From positions 12,088 to 76,087 of the forward strand of contig JAFSRI010000001.1 in NCBI GenBank assembly GCA_017446155.1: a stretch of 64,000 nt of DNA, read 5' to 3'. Numbering within the stretch: position 1 is the first letter of the stretch; every line of letters starts with the position of its first letter. This DNA comes from Clostridia bacterium (GTDB lineage: Bacteria > Bacillota > Clostridia > Oscillospirales > CAG-272). Shown in pieces: positions 1-9,375 of this stretch. Below the pieces are notes generated by a model. That model searched no databases, was not told where the DNA came from, and saw only the letters and a program-made list of their open reading frames with translations. Made by a program: the position numbers and the translations under genes.

Positions 1-220
1 TGTTTGACGCAAAGCGAGCTTCTCCATGCGTTTCCTCAGCGGACTGTTTACCGTATGAAAATCCCGGTTTTATCACGGCAAATATCGAAATGAAAACTAT
101 GGCGACAGCCGCCGCTACCGAGACTATTTGCGTAATGGTTTTCATTCTTTGCCTACGCGCCTCTTCCGCTTTTTCGGCTTTTTCATATACGCTTTTTTTA
201 AATTCATTCATGTCTTTCAT
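1..220 (-). CDS. Putative anti-sigma factor, single transmembrane segment; runs off the window edge
   Basis: ATG at 220 overlaps the ECF sigma stop (ATGA). Translation MKDMNEFKKSVYEKAEKAEEARRQRMKTITQIVSVAAAVAIVFISIFAVIKPG... has a charged N-terminus followed by a hydrophobic helix. Not in the ORF track. Confidence 0.65.
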   Translation of the reverse strand, partial: MKDMNEFKKSVYEKAEKAEEARRQRMKTITQIVSVAAAVAIVFISIFAVIKPGFSYGKQSAEETHGEARFASN

Positions 221-795
221 TCGATATTCACCCCTTTCTTTTCAAGAATTGTTTTTAAGGCTTCCTTGCCTCGATAAAGAAGGTTTGCGACCTGACGTTT
301 GCTTTTTTTCATTACTTTGCAAATTTCGTCGCCCGAAAAGCCGTATAGATATGTCAGACTCACAACCTGCGCATATTCGTCTTTTATCTCGCCAAGCGCC
401 TCGTGCACTACCCTTACGGTTTCGTTTGAGAGAACTCTTTCTTCAAGCGATTTTTCATCAGCCGACACACCGTCGTCGTCTTCTATCTCTTTGTCGTTTG
501 AGCGCACGTTTTTTCTCACTTTATCATAAGATTTATTTTTTGCAATCGAAAAAATATACGTTTTAAGTGTGCTCTTAAACGAAAATCGGTGCTTATGCAC
601 GATAAGATCACAAAAAACGTCCGCGGCGATGTCCTCTGCGTCGGCAAGGTTATGTACTATGCCGAATATGAAATGTATAAGCTGGTCGTGGTAATTTTCC
701 ATTATCTGCTCAAAAGCGTCTTTGTCGCCGTTGAGATACCGCCTGTAAAGCTCCGCGCCATAGTCGCCCTTGCCTTGTTCGCTTGACGTGTTCAA
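217..795 (-). CDS. ECF-type RNA polymerase sigma-70 factor
   Basis: Region 2 (DAEDIAADVF...FSFKSTLKTYIFSIAKNKSYD) and region 4 HTH (YGFSGDEICKVMKKSKRQVANLLYRGKEALK); TTG start with AGGAGG RBS. Confidence 0.9.
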   Translation of the reverse strand: MNTSSEQGKGDYGAELYRRYLNGDKDAFEQIMENYHDQLIHFIFGIVHNLADAEDIAADVFCDLIVHKHRFSFKSTLKTYIFSIAKNKSYDKVRKNVRSNDKEIEDDDGVSADEKSLEERVLSNETVRVVHEALGEIKDEYAQVVSLTYLYGFSGDEICKVMKKSKRQVANLLYRGKEALKTILEKKGVNIE

Positions 796-1070
796 TCTCT
801 TCCCCCTCCTTCTTTTTAAATTTCCTTTTTAAATATTTAGTCGTTTTACTTCGCCTGTTTTCTCATTTTTCCTGATATATTCTTTTGTTAGTTGTCTGTT
901 CAGCTTTGATGCCGCCGCTGTTTTCGTAAAAAACGCAGAAATATCTTATCTATTACGGCGCATCTCACCTCACCCGATCACAGATCGTTTATGAGCCGTC
1001 TTTTACACCTGTTCGGAGAATAACCACACGCCATTTCCATACGTTTGGAAAACAGATCATCAAAAAATGC

Positions 1071-1099
1071 GAAAAAAGCCCGCATATGCGGGCTTTTTC
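1071..1099 (-). terminator. Intrinsic terminator, probably bidirectional, after the prfB operon
   Basis: GAAAAAAGCCCGCATATGCGGGCTTTTTC inverted repeat with A/T tails. Confidence 0.75.
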
Positions 1100-1103
1100 A
1101 AAT

Positions 1104-1382
1104 TCAGGCTTCGTCGCGCGCGAAAAGCTCGCTTTCATCAAGTTCAACGTCCTCAACTTCGGCGTCACTCTCTTCGCCCTCATCTTCACAGTCACATTCG
1201 CAGCATTCGTCTTTCGATTTGCATATCAGATATGCGCCCACAGCACCGCCTACCGCCGACATTGCCAAAAATGCCGCCGCGATGCTCTTCTTTTTTGCGA
1301 CAAGAGAAACAAACGTCGCAAGTGCGATCACAGCTTCGGCAAGAAGCGCGATCCCTACAAAAAGTTTTGTCTTTTTAAGCAT
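1104..1382 (-). CDS. Small membrane protein with two TM helices and a Cys/acidic tail
   Basis: ATG at 1382 with GAAAGGAG RBS; two hydrophobic stretches, then ECCECDCEDEGEESD... Confidence 0.7.
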   Translation of the reverse strand: MLKKTKLFVGIALLAEAVIALATFVSLVAKKKSIAAAFLAMSAVGGAVGAYLICKSKDECCECDCEDEGEESDAEVEDVELDESELFARDEA

Positions 1383-1409
1383 ACCAAAATCTCCTTTCAA
1401 AATTTAATA

Positions 1410-2513
1410 TTATGCTATGCTTTTAAGATAAGCATTGATAAACTCATCTATCTCGCCGTCCATCACGGCGTTGATATCGCCGTCCTCATACCCTGTTCTG
1501 GCGTCTTTTGCAAGCGTATAAGGCATGAAAACGTATGAACGTATCTGCGAGCCCCATTCGATATTTGTTTTTTCCCCGCGGATACCGTCTATTTTTTCCA
1601 TATTTTCTTTGCGTTTTATCTCGGCGAGTTTTGAACGCAACATTTTCATCGCCGTTTCTTTGTTTTGCAGCTGGCTGCGCTCTGTCTGGCATCCTACAAC
1701 GATGCCCGTCGCCTTGTGAACTATACGTATGGCGGAGTCGGTCTTGTTTATGTGCTGACCTCCCGCGCCTGACGAGCGGTGAGCCGTAACTTCGATGTCT
1801 TCCGGATTTATTACGATGCTCATGTCGTCGTCGATCTCGGGGGTCACTTCAACCGATGCAAACGACGTGTGACGTCTGCCCGATGCGTCGAATGGAGAAA
1901 CTCTTACAAGGCGATGAACGCCGTTTTCGCTTTTCATATAACCGTAGGCGTTTACGCCCTCTATAAGAATCGTGGCGCTTTTAAGCCCTGCCTCATCGCC
2001 ATCGAGCCAATCGAGGAGTTTTACGGTATAGCCGTGCTTTTCAGCCCAGCGCGTATACATTCTGTAAAGCATCGACGCCCAGTCCTGCGCCTCTGTGCCG
2101 CCGGCGCCCGGGTGGAACGACAGAATAGCGTTGTTTCTGTCATAAGGCCCCGAGAGCAGTGTTTCAATATTCATCTGCTCTATCGTTTTTTCTATGTCTT
2201 TTTCTTCCGCCTCGACCTCGTCGCTTACGCTCTCGTCATTTTCCTCAATTCCCATATCCGCCAGAGTTATCGCGTCCTCAATTCTCTGCACGAGCTTTTC
2301 ATACGCTTCAATCTTGTCTTTGGTGCGTTTCAGTTCCTGCAATACAGCGCTGGAATTTTCCTGATTATCCCAAAATCCATCGGCTACTGTCTTTTCTTCC
2401 AAGTCTTTTACGTTTTCTCTGAGCTTTTCTATTTTAAGTGCCGAGCCGAGCTCTTCCGCGTCATGGCTCAGCCACTGCAATTTATATTTTGCGTCTTCAA
2501 GTCTGATTATCAT
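1410..2513 (-). CDS. prfB: Peptide chain release factor 2, uninterrupted ORF
   Basis: SPF anticodon motif (RVSPFD), GGQ motif (GAGGQHINKTDSA), GAGGTEAQDW and WGSQIRSYV. Confidence 0.97.
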   Translation of the reverse strand: MIIRLEDAKYKLQWLSHDAEELGSALKIEKLRENVKDLEEKTVADGFWDNQENSSAVLQELKRTKDKIEAYEKLVQRIEDAITLADMGIEENDESVSDEVEAEEKDIEKTIEQMNIETLLSGPYDRNNAILSFHPGAGGTEAQDWASMLYRMYTRWAEKHGYTVKLLDWLDGDEAGLKSATILIEGVNAYGYMKSENGVHRLVRVSPFDASGRRHTSFASVEVTPEIDDDMSIVINPEDIEVTAHRSSGAGGQHINKTDSAIRIVHKATGIVVGCQTERSQLQNKETAMKMLRSKLAEIKRKENMEKIDGIRGEKTNIEWGSQIRSYVFMPYTLAKDARTGYEDGDINAVMDGEIDEFINAYLKSIA

Positions 2514-2581
2514 TTAAGTAAATTCCTTTCATATGTCGGTTTAGTAAACAGTAAAGTCGTAATTCCATGTTAAAACCGTCA

Positions 2582-2826
2582 CTTTTTGTTTTTCCGTGTG
2601 ATCTTCACTTGAATCGTTTCCTTTCGTGATTCTGAATTGATTATTTCAAACGTCCGCCGATTTGTAAACCGTTATTAAACATTTTTACTCGACTTCAATG
2701 GATGTCGACGTTTTTCATTTCGGAACCGAAGCTTTTCGTTTTTCCGTGCGGTTCTCACTTAAACCGATTCCTTTCGTGTTTCCGATTTGATTATATCAAA
2801 CGTCCGTCGATTTGTAAACCGTTATT
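2582..2826. repeat. Tandem direct repeat of ~95 bp, period 150 bp (2582-2676 and 2732-2826)
   Basis: Both copies read ...TTTTTCCGTG...CACTT.AA.CG.TTCCTTTCGTG.TTC.GA.TTGATTAT.TCAAACGTCCG.CGATTTGTAAACCGTTATT. Confidence 0.9.
2790..2818 (-). promoter_or_regulatory. Sigma-A promoter, distal copy, upstream of prfB
   Basis: TTTACA-N17-TATAAT with TG extension; the proximal copy at 2640-2668 reads TTTACA-N17-AATAAT. Confidence 0.7.
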
Positions 2827-3202
2827 TTGCATTTTTGCAGGGTGCGGCAAAAAACTTGCCGAGGTCCATATACAGTTTGCCGTCTTTTTCGCCAAATCCG
2901 ACCGCATGTATCAACGGCGAATCCTCCCCGTCGTAAAACGCCTCGTGTGCGCCTGCCAAATCGATGAAGTTCAGCACTCCGCGCGCCATAATGAACAGCG
3001 CCTCGGTGTCGCTTACGTCTTTTACGTTCTTTAAATCGAATATGTGACCGTAATTTCCTTTTATATAGAATTGGCAAATGCCGACCGGCTCGCCGTCAAC
3101 CGAAGCGCCATAGGCAAAATAGTTTTCTTTATATTCCGCGCCGCACATATCGCACAGACGTTTTTGTTCCTCTTTTTCCTGTATAGGTTTTATTTCAAGC
3201 AT
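2822..3202 (-). CDS. Hypothetical protein, possible GNAT-like fold
   Basis: 126-aa ORF overlapping the rluB stop; beta-rich AYGASVDGEPVGICQF segment. Confidence 0.7.
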   Translation of the reverse strand: MLEIKPIQEKEEQKRLCDMCGAEYKENYFAYGASVDGEPVGICQFYIKGNYGHIFDLKNVKDVSDTEALFIMARGVLNFIDLAGAHEAFYDGEDSPLIHAVGFGEKDGKLYMDLGKFFAAPCKNAK

Positions 3203-3920
3203 TGTCGTTTCCTCTTTTCAGCGTTTCTATTTGTTCGGCGGTTAGCATCTTCCACTTGCCCGTCGGCAGTTTTCCCAAGTTTATATCTCCTATCGAAATA
3301 CGTTTTAGCGCAATCACTTTCAGCCCCACCGTTTCGCACATACGGCGTATTTGCCTGTTTCTGCCTTCAAACAGTTTTATCTGTAAAACAGTCGTGCACT
3401 CGTCGCCGGTAAACCGTTTCACCTCGGCAGGCTTCGTTATGTATCCGTCGAGTTTAAACGGCTTTCCAAGCCGCTCGATCTGTTCCTCGCTCGCCTTGCC
3501 CTCTACCGTCACGTCATACGTTTTCGGTTTATGATATTTCGGGTGAGTCAGCATATTTGCAAGCTCACCGTCGTTTGTCATAAGCAGCAGCCCCTCGGAG
3601 TCGCGGTCGAGCCGCCCTATCGGATATACCCTTATCCCAAGCTCCGAAACAAGGTCGCTTACGCTCTTTCTTCCGCGCTCGTCGTGCATCGTCGTCACAT
3701 ATCCGCGCGGTTTGTTCAACACCAGACACACCTTCTCGTCACCGCGCCCGACTTTCTTCCCGTTCACTGTTACCGTGTCCGTCACGGGGTCTATCTTCTG
3801 GCCGAGCTGAGCCGGCGTGCCGTTGACTTTAACGTTTCCTTTTTCTATCTCGCCGTCGGCGGCACGTCTTGACATCACGCCCCTGTCGGATAAAAACTTA
3901 GATATTCTTATCTTTTCCAA
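3195..3920 (-). CDS. rluB: RsuA/RluB-family pseudouridine synthase
   Basis: S4 domain (SRRAADGEI), GRLD catalytic motif (YPIGRLDRDSEGLLL), EGRNRQIRRM; located in the scpAB-dacB operon. Confidence 0.9.
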   Translation of the reverse strand: MEKIRISKFLSDRGVMSRRAADGEIEKGNVKVNGTPAQLGQKIDPVTDTVTVNGKKVGRGDEKVCLVLNKPRGYVTTMHDERGRKSVSDLVSELGIRVYPIGRLDRDSEGLLLMTNDGELANMLTHPKYHKPKTYDVTVEGKASEEQIERLGKPFKLDGYITKPAEVKRFTGDECTTVLQIKLFEGRNRQIRRMCETVGLKVIALKRISIGDINLGKLPTGKWKMLTAEQIETLKRGNDNA

Positions 3921-3984
3921 ATCAAATCTTCCTTTTTCGGTCGAGGGGTTCTCTCCCCCCTCGCCGTTTTTGATTATAATTATT

Positions 3985-5070
3985 CTACTTATTTCGCCCT
4001 ATTGAACTTTTCAGGCAATCGTCCGTCGCGTAAAGTCCGCATGACGCCATCTCTTCTCCGTCAAGATAAAATCGCACATATCCGATTATATCGCCCTTGT
4101 GAATATCCGCATAAACAAACGGCGGAAGCTCCGTTCTCATTTCAATCTCGCCATGATCTTTTTTCAGTGTAATTCGCTTTTCATCCGCGTTTGAAACGCT
4201 CACCGTCGCCGTCTGCCCTCCGCAAACGTGAACGTTGAATCTCATCGCGCCTTTTTTACAAAGCACGACGCTTTCATACATTTCAAAGCCGGCGTCGAGC
4301 ATACGCCTGTGGTCACGCCAGTCGTTGCCGTCGGAAAGGGTGACGCAAATAAGGCGCACGCCGTCTTTTTCAGCCGAAGAAACAAGCGTTCTTCCGCATC
4401 GTTTTGTAAATCCGGTCTTGACACCGGTAATGTCCTCATACTCAAACAAAAGTCTGTTATGGTTGCGGAAGCTCCGCGTGTTTTCTCCCTCGCCCACTGT
4501 TGCCGTCTTGCTTGACACGATTTTTGCAAACGTTTCGTTTTTCAGCGCTTCGCGGGCGATGAGCGCAAGATCGTATGCCGAAGTGTAGTGGCTTTCTCCG
4601 TCAAGCCCATGCGGATTTTCAAAATGGGTGTTTTCAAGTCCCAACTCCGCCGCCTTTTCGTTCATCATCACGGCAAAATTCTCAACACTTCCGCCGACGG
4701 CATATGCAATACAAGTTGCGACGTCGTTTGCCGACTGCAACATCATGGCATAAAGCAATTCTTCAAGCGTATATTTTTCGCCCGCTCGCATATATGCGGA
4801 CGATCCCTCGACGCCCTCCGCGCGCGCGTCAAACGTTATCCCCGTTTCCGCCGCCATGTGTTCCAGCGCTACGAGCGCCGTCATTATCTTCGTCGTACTC
4901 GCGGGTCCGAGCCTTTCGTCTTTGTTGTTTTCAAAAATGACCTCGCCGCTGTCAGCCTCTATAAGCACGCACGCGCGTGCGCTGTTCTCAGGCACCTGCG
5001 AAGCCGACACACCGCCGCAAAGCAACAACGCCACAAGTATAAGCGAGCATATGGTTTTTAATATTTTCAA
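3985..5070 (-). CDS. dacB: D-alanyl-D-alanine carboxypeptidase (S11, DacB-like)
   Basis: Signal peptide; SxxK (ASTTK), SxN (SAND), KTG motifs. Confidence 0.85.
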   Translation of the reverse strand: MKILKTICSLILVALLLCGGVSASQVPENSARACVLIEADSGEVIFENNKDERLGPASTTKIMTALVALEHMAAETGITFDARAEGVEGSSAYMRAGEKYTLEELLYAMMLQSANDVATCIAYAVGGSVENFAVMMNEKAAELGLENTHFENPHGLDGESHYTSAYDLALIAREALKNETFAKIVSSKTATVGEGENTRSFRNHNRLLFEYEDITGVKTGFTKRCGRTLVSSAEKDGVRLICVTLSDGNDWRDHRRMLDAGFEMYESVVLCKKGAMRFNVHVCGGQTATVSVSNADEKRITLKKDHGEIEMRTELPPFVYADIHKGDIIGYVRFYLDGEEMASCGLYATDDCLKSSIGRNK

Positions 5071-5125
5071 TTTTTCTTTCCACCTTCATTTCTTTTTTAG
5101 AAATGATGTGCGAAAAACCCGTTTT

Positions 5126-5590
5126 TTATTCCGTTATCTTGCCCTCTGCCGATTTTTTGTCTTCTTCGGCTTCTTGCACCTCTTCTTTTTCGGCTTTTTT
5201 CTTTTCAAAGAATTCTTTTATTTTGGCAAATATCGCCGGCAATTTCGCCGCCAGCTCCGAAACTGTCATTTCGTTGTTTGCGGGCTCGTCCACGCTTATG
5301 AACTTCACCCCGCCCTCGGCGTCAATGACAAGAAATCCCACGGGCTTAGCCGTCACGCCGGTTCCTCCTCCGCCGCCGAAGTTTTTCTTGCCCTCCGCAT
5401 CCTTGCGAGAGGCAAAATCCGTGCCGCCGCCGGCAAAACCGACCGACACTTTTGACACGGGAATTATCGTTGTTCCCTGCGGAGTCGTTATTGGTGTACC
5501 CATCACGGTGTTAGAGTCAACAACTCCCTTTGCGCTTTCAAGTGTTTTTGAGAACAGATCGCTTACTTTGTTTTCTTCCATAAAAATCAT
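5126..5590 (-). CDS. ytfJ: Sporulation protein YtfJ/GerW
   Basis: IIPVSKVSVGFAGGG and FGGGGGTGV signatures. Confidence 0.9.
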   Translation of the reverse strand: MIFMEENKVSDLFSKTLESAKGVVDSNTVMGTPITTPQGTTIIPVSKVSVGFAGGGTDFASRKDAEGKKNFGGGGGTGVTAKPVGFLVIDAEGGVKFISVDEPANNEMTVSELAAKLPAIFAKIKEFFEKKKAEKEEVQEAEEDKKSAEGKITE

Positions 5591-6237
5591 ACCTTTCCCG
5601 AGCTTTGCCCGATCTGATTTTGGTCATCCTTTTTATTTTTTGCCGCAAGGCGCATATTTGCCGCCCACAGTATCACGGGTTTAAATATCGCTAGCGCACC
5701 CGCAAGCGAGAGTATAAACGCAAGTTTTATATCCACCACCGTCTTTTCCCCCGTAAAATCGCAAAGGATCTGCGGCGTGCGTTTTACGCTGAGTTTGCCG
5801 TTTTCGTCAAGAAATCCGACAAGCGCGTTTGCCGCGGCGCTTGCGGCACCGTATATAAGCGCCGTCTTTGCCGCGTCGTCGGTGCAGATATTTACATAAA
5901 ACTTTATTATCCGCACCGTCAGTTTCCTTGAAATTGCATAGATTATATCCGACACAAGCTCTGTCACCGTTTGCAGTATATACGGTATATCGTCGGCAGA
6001 AAGCGACAGCCCGCCTTTTTCCTGCGGGGTCTCCCCCTTTGCCGTTTTTTGCTCCTGCTTTGCTTTTTTGGCTTTTTTAGGCTTTTTCTTCTGCGGGAAA
6101 AGCATTATCTTTATTCCCGCGGCTCTTAGATAAACGCTTACTTTTTCACCAACGTCGATTCTTAACCTGACTAACGGCAAAAACAGCAAAAGCAATATCA
6201 CAGCGACAATCGCGCCGATAATATAAAGTGCCGTCAT
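5587..6237 (-). CDS. DUF2953 / YtfI-like membrane protein
   Basis: N-terminal TM, DDAAKTALIYG motif, position directly before ytfJ. Confidence 0.8.
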   Translation of the reverse strand: MTALYIIGAIVAVILLLLFLPLVRLRIDVGEKVSVYLRAAGIKIMLFPQKKKPKKAKKAKQEQKTAKGETPQEKGGLSLSADDIPYILQTVTELVSDIIYAISRKLTVRIIKFYVNICTDDAAKTALIYGAASAAANALVGFLDENGKLSVKRTPQILCDFTGEKTVVDIKLAFILSLAGALAIFKPVILWAANMRLAAKNKKDDQNQIGQSSGKV

Positions 6238-6794
6238 ATTTTCTCGCCCGCCGGCGACTGTATGGGCGGAAGCTCGTCAAGCGAGCTCAGCCCGAATATA
6301 CGCAAAAATGTTTCCGTCGTCGCATAAAGGCGCGGTCTGCCGGGCACTTCGAGCCTGCCTACCTCGCAAATAAGCTCGCGTTCAAGCAGAACCCCCACCG
6401 AATATGAGCTTTCCACCCCGCGCACCTGTTCGACGTATCCGCGCGTCACCGGTTGATTATATGCGATGATGGCGAGTGTTTCAAGCGATGAACGCGAAAG
6501 GTTGCCGCCGTCTTTTATTCCCAGCGCGTTTTTAATATAGTCCGAAAAGACTTCTTTTGTCACAAGCTGGCACGCATTGCCGAGTATCAGCAGCTGTATT
6601 CCGCGCGGAAGTTCGCCCGCGTCGTATTCGTCTTTATATTCGCCGACAACGCGCCTGACTTCATCGACGTCGGTGTTCATCACCTCGGCAAGTTTAGCAA
6701 ACGTCACCGGATGTCCCGCAGCGAAAAGCACGGCCTCAATTATCCGTTTCATCTCGGCGCTTGTCAATATTTTCTGCTCATCCAACTGCTTCAT
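6234..6794 (-). CDS. scpB: SMC-Scp complex subunit ScpB
   Basis: IEAVLFAAG, LSRSSLETLAIIAYNQPVTR, PGRPRLYATT; ATG 6794 with AGGAGG RBS. Confidence 0.95.
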   Translation of the reverse strand: MKQLDEQKILTSAEMKRIIEAVLFAAGHPVTFAKLAEVMNTDVDEVRRVVGEYKDEYDAGELPRGIQLLILGNACQLVTKEVFSDYIKNALGIKDGGNLSRSSLETLAIIAYNQPVTRGYVEQVRGVESSYSVGVLLERELICEVGRLEVPGRPRLYATTETFLRIFGLSSLDELPPIQSPAGEKI

Positions 6795-7545
6795 CCTCCT
6801 TTGCACCATCGCGTGAATGTTCGCGACTGAGGGTAAGTATTACGTTTGAATTTGTCGTATCGCCCTCGGCGCGTTTCATCATCACCCTGCCGACTCTCAA
6901 CAGTTCCAGCAACGCGTAAAACACCGTGATAATCTCATCCCTGTCGCGTGTACCATCGAAAAGCTCGTCAAAATGTATCGAGCCTCGCCTGTACATTTTC
7001 CTCATAATAAACATTATCCTGCCCGACACCGACACCGGACGCTTTGCCCGCAGGTGAGAAACCGCCTCGCTTGTCGCGCTCTTTTGTGCCTCGACCGCGT
7101 CCGCCTCACGCGCGAATATCCGCGCCAGCGCGTTTGAAAGCAAATTCACGTCTATTCTTATGTCTGCGTCAAACGACGGCTTTATCTCGTCCGTATCTTT
7201 TTCAAATCTGCCCTTAAATTCGCCCTCGCGCTCGGACAGCAACCGCGCCGCTTCCTTTGCCGCCTTATATTCCATAAGTTTTCTAACGAGTTCTTTTCTC
7301 GGGTCTTCCTCTTCCGGTTTCGGCAAAAGCATCCTGCTTTTTATATACATCAGCTCCGCCGCCATCGTTATAAATTCACCCGCTATTTCCATATCGGGCT
7401 TTTGCATTTCAGCCACAGCTTTCATGTATTGGTCGAAAAGTTCCGTTATCTGAATGTCAAAAATATTCATTTTATGCTTCGAGATGAGCGCCAGCAACAA
7501 GTCGAGCGGCCCTTCGAACTTTTCTGTTTTGAATACGAGCTCCAA
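6778..7545 (-). CDS. scpA: Segregation/condensation protein ScpA
   Basis: FEGPLDLLL, KSRMLLP, FYALLEL; likely TTG start at 7545 behind GGAGG. Confidence 0.93.
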   Translation of the reverse strand: MELVFKTEKFEGPLDLLLALISKHKMNIFDIQITELFDQYMKAVAEMQKPDMEIAGEFITMAAELMYIKSRMLLPKPEEEDPRKELVRKLMEYKAAKEAARLLSEREGEFKGRFEKDTDEIKPSFDADIRIDVNLLSNALARIFAREADAVEAQKSATSEAVSHLRAKRPVSVSGRIMFIMRKMYRRGSIHFDELFDGTRDRDEIITVFYALLELLRVGRVMMKRAEGDTTNSNVILTLSREHSRDGAKEDEAVG

Positions 7546-7730
7546 AGAGTTTTTCCTCCGTTTTGTCAATCATTTTCAGACAGCGAAACGCTTATCTTCG
7601 TTTTGAGTTGGGCGTGTGATTATAATTCTAAATATATAAGTGAAAATCCCACGGTAATTAAGTTTATTGTTTTAAATATTTCCTAAATGTCACTTAAAAT
7701 CGTTTCTCCGTCGCGGCGGGTATTTTTTCT

Positions 7731-8444
7731 TTATACCACAAGCGATACGAGGTTGTTCATTCCGGTATAGATGACGTTTGCAAGCCACCCGAGCGGAACG
7801 TCGAGCGCACCCGCAAACAAAAGCACGAACAGCGCTATCTGAATATATCTTTCGTATCTCATAACGGAAAAATACGCCTTTGTCGGCAGGAAAATGAAAA
7901 GAATACGCGAGCCGTCGAGGGGGGGGATCGGCAGCAAATTGAACACTGCAAGATAGATATTGAGCATTTCAAGCTGAGCTACCATTCTGAACACGATATA
8001 CATCAACGCCGCGCCGAAAGATTCAACCTCACCCGTAAGTGCTATCGTCATCACACTCGATGCATAAGACGGGATCAAAAGCAAAAGATGAGATATTATC
8101 GTTGCGATGAACGCTATCAGCAGGTTTGATATTGGCCCCGCCGACGCCACCAGCGCCATTTGCCATTTAGGGTGTTTATAATATCTGGAATTTACCAGCA
8201 CGGGCTTTGCCCAACCGAAACCGAACAGAAGCATTGCAAGCGCGCCGAACAAATCGAGGTGTTTTAGCGGATTTATCGTCAGTCTGCCAAGGTTCTTCGC
8301 CGTCGGGTCTCCGCACTTATACGACACCCAGCCGTGCGCCCATTCGTGAACCGAAAGCGACAAAAGCACAACCGGTATGGTCACGAGAAGTCTTATAATT
8401 ATTTCAGTAAACGAAGCTCCGCTTCGCAGAAGTGAAAATACCAT
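7731..8444 (-). CDS. Site-2 protease (M50) family membrane metalloprotease
   Basis: HEWAH, AGPISN and NLLPIPPLDG motifs. Confidence 0.92.
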   Translation of the reverse strand: MVFSLLRSGASFTEIIIRLLVTIPVVLLSLSVHEWAHGWVSYKCGDPTAKNLGRLTINPLKHLDLFGALAMLLFGFGWAKPVLVNSRYYKHPKWQMALVASAGPISNLLIAFIATIISHLLLLIPSYASSVMTIALTGEVESFGAALMYIVFRMVAQLEMLNIYLAVFNLLPIPPLDGSRILFIFLPTKAYFSVMRYERYIQIALFVLLFAGALDVPLGWLANVIYTGMNNLVSLVV

Positions 8445-8619
8445 TCGTTTCCTCCGTTAAAAATGTATTTCTGTTTTTAGTTATCCGAACAGTTTTCGCG
8501 GCGGATTGTTTTTCTTTAAGTTAAACGTTCCCACTCAAATTATCTTGCGGAAAAGCTCTCTTTTTGCCGCAACGATGTTTTAAAACAATCTCCGCGTTTT
8601 CAGTTATTTCAAATAAGCC

Positions 8620-9225
8620 TCATTTTATATGCTCGCTTATCGCCGCTATCACCTCGTCTTTGCCCTCGCCCGTAAGCGACGAAAACGCGATGACTTTGAT
8701 CTTTTCTTCTTCGTCCGGCGGATTTATCAGCGGGTGAGTGAGCAGCGCCTCAAAGTTGCGCTTGCGGTCGGTTTTGTTCAGCTTATCCGCTTTTGTTGCA
8801 ACAACCACAAACGGCGTTCCCGAAGAATGAAGCCAATCGAGCATCATGCAGTCGTCGCCGGTCGGCCCCACTTTCAGATCTATGAGTTGAAGCACAAGAC
8901 TCGGCGCGCTGTCGCCTGTGAGATAGCCGTTTGTCAGCGCCGACCAAACGCGTTTTTCGCTCTCGCTTCTTCTAGCATAGCCATATCCGGGCAAATCTAC
9001 GAAATAAAACTTTTTATCCACGCCGTAAAAGTTTACGGTTATCGTTTTACCGGGCTCAGAACTTGTTCTCGCAAGTTTCTTTCTGCCGAGAACGGTATTT
9101 ATAAGCGAACTTTTGCCGACGTTCGATCTGCCGGAGAGTGCTATTTGTGGTTTGCCGTCGCGTATGAACTGCGATTCTTTTCCTGCGGAAAGCAAAAATT
9201 CCGCATTGCTCAAATTGAATTTCAT
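8620..9225 (-). CDS. engB: Ribosome biogenesis GTPase YihA/YsxC
   Basis: GRSNVGKSS, DLPGYGY, TKADK; follows lon. Confidence 0.95.
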   Translation of the reverse strand: MKFNLSNAEFLLSAGKESQFIRDGKPQIALSGRSNVGKSSLINTVLGRKKLARTSSEPGKTITVNFYGVDKKFYFVDLPGYGYARRSESEKRVWSALTNGYLTGDSAPSLVLQLIDLKVGPTGDDCMMLDWLHSSGTPFVVVATKADKLNKTDRKRNFEALLTHPLINPPDEEEKIKVIAFSSLTGEGKDEVIAAISEHIK

Positions 9226-9375
9226 TTTTTATTACCTTTCTTCCGGCATTTTTGCGATTTCCGCACGAATAAACCTGTTTTGCGCGATTATTTGTCTTTT
9301 ATCACGTCATCTAAGCAGACGCGCCGACAATACGGCGTATTGGGTCAAAAGTTCTATCTTCACGCCGAACAAATC

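Noticed and set aside
947-975. Tiny ORF MRRNR behind GAGGTG upstream of the ECF sigma gene
   Set aside because: The SD-to-ATG spacing is too short and there is no other support.
1779-2573. Long antisense ORFs (also 8629-9528, 10264-11388, 44954-45790, 51375-52079)
   Set aside because: They are shadows of well-supported genes on the opposite strand, with no RBS or recognisable motifs.
2498-2608. Frameshift fusion of the proximal uORF into prfB
   Set aside because: All three frames stop before fusing, and an in-frame TAA directly precedes the prfB ATG; AAG-UGA is not a good +1 shift site.
2582-2826. CRISPR array
   Set aside because: Only two ~95-bp copies, no short repeat-spacer pattern and no cas genes.
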